Shown piece by piece: positions 24,380 to 36,300 of a DNA stretch of 64,000 bases. The notes beneath the pieces are model-generated. The model saw only the letters and a list, made by a program, of their open reading frames with translations, had not been told where the DNA came from and did no database searches. Numbering within the stretch: position 1 is the first letter of the stretch; every line of letters begins with the position of its first letter. Source of the stretch: Scyliorhinus canicula (taxonomy: Eukaryota); assembly GCF_902713615.1 (NCBI RefSeq), contig NC_052158.1, forward strand, positions 30,297,990 to 30,361,989. The letters run 5' to 3'. Both the position numbers and the translations under genes were made by a program.

Positions 24380-27300
24380 GTAAGAAACTATTTTACGCGA
24401 TGCCGGGTTCCAAACGAAAGCTTTTAAATGCATGCTCATATCATGATCACTGATCAATTTTTGTTTCATCAATCCCGCCCCCTCCCCCCGGAATCCAAAG
24501 CTATCCTTTGGGGGGAACTATTGGGGGGGGGGGGGGGGGAACTATTGCTAAACTATAGCCAACTATTGCTTCTAAAGTCATGAAAGCAGAACAAGCTTCA
24601 TCAATGGAAACAAGTGAAAATGACGTTTTGACGACAGCGAAGAATCATTGTTGGTTGAAAATTTTAACGATTGTTGTGATCTATACAGAGAACAACAGAG
24701 ATTAATATCGGTACCGCTCAAATTTCAAGTAAATTGTATGGGTGAGGATTCATGTCACAGAGTTTGTTCTTCGTGAGCTTGAGGATGATTTCACTGCTAC
24801 ACATTCCTTATCTCCCATGTGAAATTAGATCATTTAATATTTTCTATACACCACTAACTGAAAACACAGGCGATTTGCAATGTCACAAAAGTCTCATAGG
24901 GGCAGCAGGGTAGCATGGTGGTTAGCATAAATGCTTCACAGCTCCAGGGTCCCAGGTTCGATTCCCGGCTGGGTCACTGTCTGTGTGGAGTCTGCACGTC
25001 CTCCCCCTGTGTGCGTGGGTTTCCTTCGGGTGCTCCGGTTTCCTCCCACAGTCCAAAGATGTGCGGGTTAGGTGGATTGGCCATGCTAAATTGCCCGTAG
25101 TGTCCTAATAAAAGTAAGGTTAAGGGGGGGTTGTTGGGTTACGGGTATAGGGTGGATACGTGGGTTTGAATAGGGTGATCATGGCTCGGCACAACATTGA
25201 GGGCCGAAGGCCTGTTCTGTGCTGTACTGTTCTATGTTCTATAACCCCTACAGTGCAGAAGGAGGCCATTCGGCACATCGGGTCTCCACTGACCATCCGA
25301 AAGAGCCGCCTGCCCAGGCCCACGCCCTATCCCTGTCACCCCACCTGTCCTTTTGGGTACTAAGGGGAATTCAGCATGGCCAATCCACCTAAGCAATACA
25401 TTTTTAGACTGTGGGAGAAAATCGCAGCTCCCGGAGGAAAAACATGTAGACACGGGGAGAATGTGCGAACTCCTCACAGTCAGGCAAGGTTGGAATTGAA
25501 ACCGGGTCCCTGAAATGAAACGCATGCTTTTCTGAATATAAAGACACATTAACTTACTGATTCGAGCACCGTATCGTAGGTAATATATGACTGCTGTTAT
25601 ATTTCTTTCATAGAATTTACAATGCAGAAGAAGGCCATTCGGCCTATCGAGTCTACACCGACCCATGAAAGAGCACCCTATCTAAGCCCGCACCTCCACC
25701 CTATCCCCGCAATCCAGAATTCCACCTAACATTTGGACACAAGGGACAATGTAGCGTGACCAATACACCTAACTCGCAAATCTTTGGACTGTGAGAGGAA
25801 ACCGGAACACCGGGTGGAAACCCACGCACACACGGGGAGAACGTGCAGACTCCGCACAGGCAGTCACCCAAGCCGGGAATCGAATCTGTGTCCCTGGCGC
25901 TGTGAACCAACAGTGCTAACCGCTGTGCTACCCTGCCGCCCCAAATCCTGAATTGAATACAAAAGTTGTGTTTCAGTTATACTGAGCACTAGTGAGACGT
26001 CATCTGGAATATTGTGTACAGTGTTGGTGAACTTATTTAAGGGAGGATGTAAATGCTTTTCAAGCAGTTTAGAAAAGATTAACCTGGAATGGGCGGGTTG
26101 TCTGAAGAGGAAAGATTGGGCACGCGAAGCTTGTATCCATGGAGGTTAGTAGAGTAAGAAACGTAGACGATCACGATGAGTATTCGTTAGGCAGATGTGG
26201 AGACTTACTACTCTCATGGGAGAAAATAAACCCAGAATTCCTACAGTGCAGAGCGATGCCATTCGGCCCATTTCATCTGCACCGAGCCTCAGAAATTGCA
26301 TCCTTTCCACGCCCAATCACCCACCCTATCCCCGTAACCCGAGCTACGGGCAATTTAGCATTGCCAATCCACCTAATCTGCACATGTTTAGACTGTGGGA
26401 GGAAACCGGAGGACCGGGAGGAAACCCACGTAGACACAGGGAGAAACTGCAACCTCCATAATCACCTGCGTTTAGAATTGAAGTATTGCTCTGGCGCTGT
26501 GAGGCTGCAGTGCAAGGGGCTACTGTATAAAAGTAGAAAAATAAGCGTCTTCCACTTAAAATAGAGATCAGGCTAATTTAGTTCTCCAGTGTCACGAGTC
26601 TCTCTTACTCAAAAGCGAGACTTTGAATATTTTTAAGGCAAACGTGGACAGATTCCTGGTAACATAAGAACATAAGAACATAAGAACTAGGAGCAGGAGT
26701 AGGCCATCTGGCCCCTCGAGCCTGCTCCGCCATTCAATTAGATCATGGCTGATCGTTTGTGGACTCAGCTCCACTTCCCGGCCCGAACACCATAACCCTT
26801 AATCCCTTTATTCTTCAAAAAACGATCTATCTTTACCTTAAAAACATGTAATGAAGGAGCCTCAACTGCTTCACTGGGCAAGGAATTCCATAGATTCACA
26901 ACCCTTTGGGTGAAGTTCCTCCTAAACTCAGTCCTAAATCTACTTCCCCTTATTTTCAGGCTATGCCCCCTAGTTCTGCTGTCACCCGCCAGTGGAAACA
27001 ACCTGCCCGCATCTATCCTATCTATTCCCTTCATAATTTTAAATGTTTCTATAAGATCCCCCCCTCATCCTTCTAAATTCCAACGAGTACAGTCCCAGTC
27101 TACTCAACCTCTCCTCATAATCCAACCCCTTCAGCTCTGGGATTAACCTAGTGAATCTCCTCTGCACACCCTCCAGCGCCAGTACGTCCTTTCTCAAGTA
27201 AGGAGACCAAAACTGAACACAATACTCCAGGTGTGGCCGCACTAACACCTTATACAATTGCAACATAACCTCCCTAGTCTTAAACTCCATCCCTCTAGCA

Positions 27301-30300
27301 ATGAAGGACAAAATTCCATTTGCCTTCTTAATCACCTGTTGCACTTGTAAACCAACCTTCTGTGACTCATGCACTAGCACACCCAAGTCTCTCTGAACAG
27401 CGGCATGCTTTAATATTTTATCGTTTAAATAATAATCCCGTTTGCTGTTATTCCTACCAAAATGGATAACCTCCCATTTGTCAACATTGTATTCCATCTG
27501 CCAGACCCGAGCCCATTCACTTAACCTATCCAAATCCCTCTGCAGACTTCCAGTATCCTCTGCACTTTTCGCTTTACCACTCATCTTAGTGTCATCTGCA
27601 AACTTGGACACATTGCCCTTGGTCCCCAACTCCAAACCATCAATGTAAATTATGAACAAATTGTAAGCAGAAGTTTGTCGGGGGAAAGTCGGCATGCAGA
27701 TTTGAGGGCATTATCAGATCAGCCATGATCTTATTAATTGTCAGGGCAGGCTCGAGGCATCGAATGGCAAACATTGTTCCTTGTTCACACAATCGTATCA
27801 AAATTGCCACTTTGAATTGAGCAGAACTATCATCCACTCAATCAGAATAACGATTTTAATATTAAATGGTGGAGGCCTCCTTGAAATGATGTAAGCGTTC
27901 TTGCAATGAAAGAAAAACCAATTCATCCTACTTTTAATCTTGTTAACTTAATCCATTCACAGCAATTATTTTTGGAAATATCACCGTCATTCAGAGCCCG
28001 CGATCCCTCACTAAAGCCTCGGGACAGACTGCAGACCTGGGCTGTACATATGAAGGTCCCACTTCTGTCGGTAGTTACAGATGGTACAGGGGCAGCAAGG
28101 AGAGGAATGATGTTTCCAACAGTACAGCGGAATTCTGGGGAAGAGTTTACGAGGCAACTCAGGAGGATTTCAGCAACAAGCGGGACGCATCAATTCGAAT
28201 CTTTGACCTGAAAGTGGAGGACACCGGCTTCTATCTTTGCAAAGTGGAGCTGCTGGGAATCGGTGCAGCCTATGGAGCAAGGACCACCGTGACCGTGAAC
28301 CGTGACGAAGGGGGTAAGTGTGAGATAGCAAAGTTATTCTTTTGAATCTAGGGCACCCAAAAATGGCTTTTTGTTTCCAGTGACAATCATCATCAGATAG
28401 GCTAATTATTTATGAGACCAACTGAAACTTCAAACTGCGACCCCGCCTCTTTGAAGAAAAGGCAGCAGCTGTACTGGGCACACTATCAAGTGCCCATCCA
28501 ATTCATAGATCATACTGACTTGAAGTATATAGTACATCCTTTCACTGGGTCAAAATTATTTAACATTCTCGCTAACAGCTCTGGGGGTATGAAACATACA
28601 GCAGGTAAGGCGGCAGCGGTTCAGGAAGGCAGACACCACTACCTCATGATGGGAATCTTGGCACAGGCAATTAATTCCAGCTTTGCTAATAGCGACTGTT
28701 TCCTGGACACCAGGTTATAGAAAGGATGTATTTTCAATAGAGAGGAAATGTCGATGAGGTGGTTGAGAAGGTATATGAGATGCTTGGTTTTATTATCCGA
28801 GGCATAGAATACAGAGCAGCGAGGTCACACTGGAACTGTTTAAATTCTGGTGAGGTCACAGTTGGAGTGTATGTGCAGTTCTGGGCATTATAGTAAATAT
28901 GTGATTGCACTGGAGAGGTTGCAGAGGTGATTTCCAGGATGTTACCTTGGATGGAGGGCCTGAGCTATGAGGAAATATTGACTGGACTAGAGATAGTCTG
29001 ACAGGGACCTGTAGAGATATATAGGATAATGAGGGATATAGACACGGAGGCAATTTTTCCATTGTTAGAGGGATCAATAACCGGGGGAGGGGGTATAGAC
29101 TTTCTAGGTATAGATGGGGGTATAGACTGAAGGTAAAAGGTAGAAGATGAAGAACGGAATGGAATTGAAACATTTTCACTCAGAGGGTGGTTGGAGTTTG
29201 GAACTCACTGTCTGAGAGGGTGGTGAAGTCAACAGCTCTCGTATCATTTGAGAAGTCTTTACGTATTCACTTGTAACTACCAGAATCTCATTGAATCAAA
29301 GAATTTAAAGTGCAGAAGGAGGTCATTCGGCCCATCGAGTCTGCACTGGCCCTGGGAGACAGCACCCGACTTAAGCCTACGACTTCACTCTATCCCCGTC
29401 ACCCAGTAACCCACCGAACATTTTGGACACTGCGGGGCGATTTAGTACAGCCAGTCCACCTAATCTCTACATCTATGGACTGCGGGAGGAAACTGGAACG
29501 CTGATGAAGACACGGGGAGGAAGTTCAAACTTCACGTCGAGTCACCCGAGGCCGAAATTCAACCTGGGTCCCTGGCGGAGCTAGGCAGCAGTGCCACTGT
29601 GTCTCCCAAAACATTAGAGTGCCCAATTCGTCTTTTTCCCAATGAAGGAGAAATTTAGTGGCCAATTCACCTACTCTGCACATAGAACATAGAACATAGA
29701 ACATAGAACAGTACAGCACAGAACAGGCCCTTCGGCCCTCGATGTTGTGCCGAGCAATGTTCACCCTACTTAAACCCACGTAACCCGTATACCCGTAACC
29801 CAACAATCCCCCCATTAACCTTACACTACGGGCAATTTAGCATGGCCAATCCACCTAACCCGCACATCTTTGGGTTGTGGGGATGACAACCACGCAAACA
29901 CGGGAAAAATGTGCACACTCCATACCGACAGTTACCTGGGGCCAGGATTGAACCCGGGTGGCCAATTCACCAATTCTGCACATCTTTGGGTTGTGGGGAT
30001 GACAACCACGCAAACACGGGAAAATGTGTACACTCCATACCGACAGTGACCTGGGGCCAGGATTGAACCCGGGTCCTCTGCGCCATGTGGCACCTATCCA
30101 GTGCTGTGGGCCAAGTGCTGGGTAATGCTATTCGTGTGCTCAGATATTTTTTGACTAGCGTAAGCAGGATGGGCCGAATCACCCCCTTTTGTGCTGTGAA
30201 CGACTAGGAATCTATGAATCAAGATGTTCGTTAACTTCGGTCGTAGATAATTTTCGGTAAAACTTCAGTAAAGCCTGCACCATTATTGTGTGCGCGAATA

Positions 30301-33300
30301 TGATTGAGAGAAATAGGGGCACATGATGTGTCTTTTGGGGTGCCTATTTTGAATATGCAATTTAAAACGTTCGTGGTCATTTAGATCTCGCTGCCAGCGG
30401 GCAAATAGAATTAGAGACAGTAACAGTTCCACGTGTGAATATGAGCGAATAGATTTTTCTCCAATAAAATGATCTCCCGCCGGAAGAACCACATTGACTG
30501 GTCTAGGCAAGTCAAATATTTGAACTTTCTTTCAATCTTTGACATCCCATAATTATCAGGAGCGACATTTATTTTGTTTACGCTTGCGGATCTCCAATAT
30601 GCAGTGAATTCAGGAAACCCCGGCGGGAGGGTTGATACCCCTAAGGTAGCACAGCAAATTGCTCCGCCGAAGCCCCACTCCCTCTCAACCGACAATCCTG
30701 ATGAAAAGAAAGAAGCAACAAAGTGTTCAACATACTTATATTAAAACTCACACCGCGTGAAGTAAGGAATGGGAATCTCCCCTGTTGACAGCAAGGTCAC
30801 TTTGCCATTTAACTGGTGACTCTGTACAAACGTAATGAAGAAACTTCACATCACAGTTATTATGGGTACCACACTTCATGAATGATGTGAAGGATTTAGG
30901 TAGGGCGCAACAAAAATGAATGGTTGTCTTCTTCAGTTACATGGGTAGACTGGATAAACTGAGATGGTTCTCCCTAGACAATAGAACGATGAGAGCAGAT
31001 TTATACAAGCTTTCAAAATACGGGTGATTAGACAAGGTAGATAGAGAGAAACTGTTTCAATTGTCAGAGGTGTGGAGTTGCCTGTGTTGGACTGGGTGGG
31101 CACAGAAATAAGTCTCACAACACCAGGTTAAAGTCCAACAGGTTTGTTTTGAATCACTAGCTTTCGGAGCACAGCTCTTTCCTCACCTGGTGTTGCAAGA
31201 CGTCTTACAATTCTCAGAAGGTTGGAGAACAATATGACACCTGAGGATATAGGAACATAAGATATTTGGCAGGATTAGTCGATTCGCTCCCTCGATCCTT
31301 TTCTGCATTGGATAGGATAATATCTGGTCTGATGTGACATTTACTCCAATTTTCTATCTTCCCCCATAGCCCTTAACTCGTTGTCAATCACAAATTTGTC
31401 TAACTCAACCTTGAATAAATTCAATGACCAAGCTTGCATTGCTTTAAAAACATTCCTGGGGGCTGTGGGTGTCACTGGATGGGCGAATATTTGCCCATCC
31501 CAGTTGCCTTTCAACTGAATAGTTCTATTCAGAAGGCATTTAAGAGTCAGCCACATTGCTGTGGATCGGGAGCCACTTGTAGCCAGACCGGGTAAGGATG
31601 GTTGATGTCCGTGCCTAAAGGACATTCGTGATCCAGAGGATTGGGGGTTCCAAATACTAATGACCCTCTGAGTAAATACATCCTCCTCAACATAAGTCTT
31701 GAATGCTTGTTCCCTTATTTATAAACTGTGCCTCCCCACCCCCAGTTCTAGTTTCCTCCATAAGGAGAAACATACGAAAATACGAAGAAACGACAATACG
31801 TACAGATGAATTTTGTGTAGGTGTAGGCCACTTGGCCCCTTGAGCCTGCAACCCCATTCAATAAGATCATGGCGGATCTAATTGTAATTGAAACCTTAAC
31901 GCATGTTCCTGTCTACCCCGATAACCTCGTTAATCAGGATTCTATCTAGCTATGCCCTAAAATATTCAAAGATTCTGCTTCCACCGCCTTTAGACGGTGA
32001 GTTCCAGAAACTCACAACACTGCGAAAAATGTATCCTCATCTCCGTCTGAAATGTGTGACCCATTAATTTTAATCAGTTACTCCAAGCTCTAGATTTCCG
32101 ACAAGAGGAAACATTCGCTCCACACCCACCCCTCTGGATCGATTAAATCGCCTCTTACTCTTCTAAAGTCTAGTGGATACAAATGTAACCTCGCCAAACT
32201 TTCCTCATCAGCCAACCCGTATATTCCGGCTATTATCCCAGTAAACCTTCTCTGAACTGTTTGCAGCATATTTGCATAATTCCTTACCTAAGGAAATGAA
32301 TCTTATATACAATACTGTCGATGTGGTTTCACCAGTATCCTGTGCAACTAAAGCATAACCAAGCAGTAATCAATTCCCCTCATAATAAATTCTGACATTC
32401 TAACCCTAATTAACTTTCCTAATCACTTGGTGTGCCTGTATAGTCGTCTTTTGTGATTAATGCACGAGGACACATATGTTCGTCTTTTCATCAGGGCTGT
32501 GCAATCTCTCACCGTTTAGATACTAGCTTTATTTATATTCTTCCTTCTGGAATGGAAATTACACATTTTCCCACGTTATATTCTATTTGTCAGAGTGTTG
32601 ACAAGTCACGTAACTATCTTTGCCACTTTGGCACTTTCTCACAACCTCTTCGTAATTTGCTTTCTTACGTATGTTTGTGCTGTCAAAAAAATTAGTAACC
32701 CTACCTTCAGAGCTTTATCCAAAACATGTACACAAATTGTAAAATGTTGAGGCCCCAGCACCACATCCTTCCAATATAAAAAGACCCATCTGTGGCAACG
32801 TTATGCTTTCTGTTCGCTGGTAGATGTTTTATCCATACCAGTATACTAGGGGCTGGTTTAGCTCACTCAGCTAAATCGCTGGCTTTTAAAGCAGACCAAG
32901 CAGGCCAGCAGCACGGTTCCCGTACCAGCTTCCCCGGACAGGCGCCGGAATGTGGCGACTAGGGGCTTTTCACAGTAACTTCATTGAAGCCTACTCGTGA
33001 CAATAAGCGATTTTCATTTCATTTCATGTCACCGTACATCATGAGTTTTTACTTTATTCAATAACCTTTGATGTGGCATCTTATCAAATATCTAATCAAA
33101 AATCCTCGCATACTCTACACTGTCAAGTACCTCAATATCCGAGATGTTTCATTTGTCGGAACGAGCATAGGCCCAGCCTGCACAGTCTTTCGTCAGATGA
33201 CAACCAATTTAAGGCAACAGCATAATACTGGATATAATGCTGGATATCTGAAAGAAAAGCAGAAAATCCTGGAAAGACTGAACAGGTTTGGCAGAATCTG

Positions 33301-36300
33301 TGGAGAGTATAAGGTCAGTTATAGTTGTGAGCAAGGAGACATTGCAACAAAGATGAGCAGGGCACGAGACAGATTATGCGTTATTGGTTGTGTCAATATT
33401 TATAGAGCGTGCTGATAGTGACACATAGGTAATATAGCAGAATATGTTCACGGGAAAAGTAAAACTCAGTGAAAGCAAAATTTAAGGACAAGCGAAATGT
33501 GGCCCTGTGGGGAGCAGGTTTGGCGTTCGAACGATAAATGTTTTGGCTAAAAAAGGGAAGGGAAATGTCACAGTGCAAAATTATTGAAGTCAATGTTGAG
33601 TCCTGAAACTGTCACGAGGAAAATAACGGGTGGCACTGACTGAGAAAGTGGTGGAGGCAGATTCAATGGTTGCTTTCAGAAAGGAATTGATAGTGATCCG
33701 AATGAAAATATATCACAGACTGCGTGGAAATGGCAGGGACTGTGACGAGCTGAAACATATTTGCAGAGAGCTAGCACAGATGCGACAGATAGTATTTCTT
33801 TCTGTACTGTAATAATTCTACGATTCTACTTTGATCGGCAAATTGAATATTATTGTGTAATGCAAGGGAAACTGAATATTAAAGTGGTGATGATTCGCTC
33901 CGGTTGTACTAGGGGTCACTGCGGCAATATCTGGTGTATTGTACTGGTTTGGTCTCCATATTTGGCAAAATCTATCTCTCCATTAGAATCGGGTCAGAGA
34001 ATTCTCAGTCCATTCATTTCTGAGGTTATCTCTGATGAGCAGGATTATACAGGTTGGCATGTACCTAGTGAAATTTAGAATAATGATGGGTTTTCTCCCT
34101 CTCCCCCCCCCCCCCAACCCACAGATGTGCAGGTGGTGGGTGGATTTGCCACGCTAAAGTGCTTCGTAATTAAGAAGAATATTAACAAGAATTTTTCTAA
34201 TTGAAACGTATAAGATAATGAGGTGATTTGACAGGCTGGAATCTGAAACGTTGTTACCCCTTGTGGGGGAGAATGAAAATAGGGACAAATGGGCAGCACG
34301 GTAGCAGTGGGCGGCACGGTAGCATAGTCATTAGCACAGTTGCTTCGGAGTGCCAGGGTCCTAGGTTCGATTCCCGGCTTGGGTCACTGTCTGAGCACAG
34401 TCTGTATGTTCTCCCCGTGTCTGCGTGGGTTAGGTGAATTGGATAATCTGAATTCTTCCTCTGTGTGTGGCGTCTCAGTGTGGCGACTCCAAGCTTTTCA
34501 CAGTAACTTAATTGCAGCGTTAATGTTAGCCTACTTGTGACAATAAAAATTATTATAACGTTTAAAAATATGGGATTTTCCATTTAAGATGGACTTGAGG
34601 ATAGATGACAAATGAAATGAATCAAATGAAAATCACTTATTGTCACAAGTAGGCTTCAAATAAAGTTACTGTGAAAAGCCCCTAGTCGCCACATTCCGAC
34701 GCCTGTTCGGGGAGGCTGGTACGGGAATTGAACCGTGCTGCTCGCCTGCCTTGGTCTGCTTTCAAAGCCAGCTCTTTAGCCCTGTGCTAAACCAGCCCCA
34801 TGAAACCAGACACATTTTGTCTTTATTGTGTCAGCTGTTGCTTAGAATAATTTATTAGAATAATTACTACAGCACATATGAATTAGCTGAGTTTAAGAGA
34901 GGGAGAGAATTGCATCAAGATGAAGAAACGTGGCAAAGCGCCAAGAAACTAGTCGCTCTATTTGAGTATCATTGACAACAAAGTGGTAGGTGGCAGCGAT
35001 GGGATAGATTTTCGAGCGTTTGATGTCTTGTGAACGCGGGTGTGAAACAGACGCTTATCAACAGGCTGAGCGAACTGCTCCGCTAGATGACCACCTGGGC
35101 GCCGAGAATATATATTCCAAAAGGTGCATTAGCCACGTGCGTTACACATTGCCTTGAACCAGTAAAACGTACGGAGATTTTAAGAACTGTTCTATCTCCA
35201 TAGATGGCGGGGCAGAACATATCCAAGCAGAGAACTTCTTCAACGATGTCAAGATCATGTGGTGCGTTCGTGCAGTGATCATAAGTTTGCTGGGAGTTAT
35301 TGGAACGGCCTCCGCTGTCTGCCTCCGCCAGAAGAGGTAAGGGTACCAACATCTATCTATGTAATATGTAGATAAGCCCTTTATCTTAGATGAGCTGGCA
35401 AGGTACACAAGGCTGCAGACCAAGTTGGAAACTGGGGTTAAAATTGTTTCTTTTTTTAGACGATGGGCCGAAAGGCCTTTTCTGCGCTGGATATCTCTAT
35501 GACTCTGTGCCGCTATGACTGTTTGGGACACATGTACCTCAGCATGTATAATTACTTAGTGCAACCCTTGCGTACTGCTCCCATGAACAGAGAGTGTTAG
35601 ATGTGTATTAGAGTGCCATATTATAATTTCAGCTGTAAACATTCATGATGAAGATGTCGGTGTGAGGCGGGTTGGTGCGTTCAAGCCAAGTCCTGCTCCG
35701 AAATGGTCTTAGTCTTGGTCTGGTCGCCCCAACACTTCATTGTTAGGAGTTGGCCATACCATAACTACCCCCGCCGCCCTCCCCCCAACTGTCCCGCTCG
35801 GCTCCCCGCAACTTTAATTTATTCTAAACGTGAAATGCGACAACCTGCTCACAAGACATCAGCTTCAGTGCTAAGCTGTCCAGGGAAAGCAAACGGTATT
35901 AATTCCAAAGTGTCCAGTATTTATATTTTCAAAAATGAAAGCTGCGAACCTGACACGAGTTTGATCATTTTCTGGACACTTTGAAATTTCGTGAGCTCCA
36001 TAGTTCGATTCTGACGGATTTATCTGACCATTTGAAAGGAAATTCTAAACACAATGTTTCGACTACACGAAAAGCCATGTTAATATTCACCAACTCATAG
36101 CGTCATAGAGATTTACAGCACAGAAAAGGCCCCTCGACCCATCGTGTCTGCGCTGGTCAAATCCAACCACGTAACTATTCTAATCCCATTTCCAGCACTT
36201 GGTCCATAGGCTCCTAAGCCTTGGCATTGCAGTTACACATTTAAATACTTCTGAAATGTTCGGGTGGGGGAGCCTCCAGCACCCTTTCAGGCATTGAGTT

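Noticed and set aside
15064-25242. Near-identical 340-bp repeats as tRNA genes, a segmental duplication or a CRISPR-like array
   Set aside because: Dispersed SINE copies with unrelated flanks; the tRNA-like head is not a full tRNA; the DNA is eukaryotic
13896-28313. Rearranging Ig, TCR or IgNAR V segments
   Set aside because: Both exons already contain the J-like G strand and end in splice donors; no RSS follows the second Cys; no C-domain exon lies between V and TM
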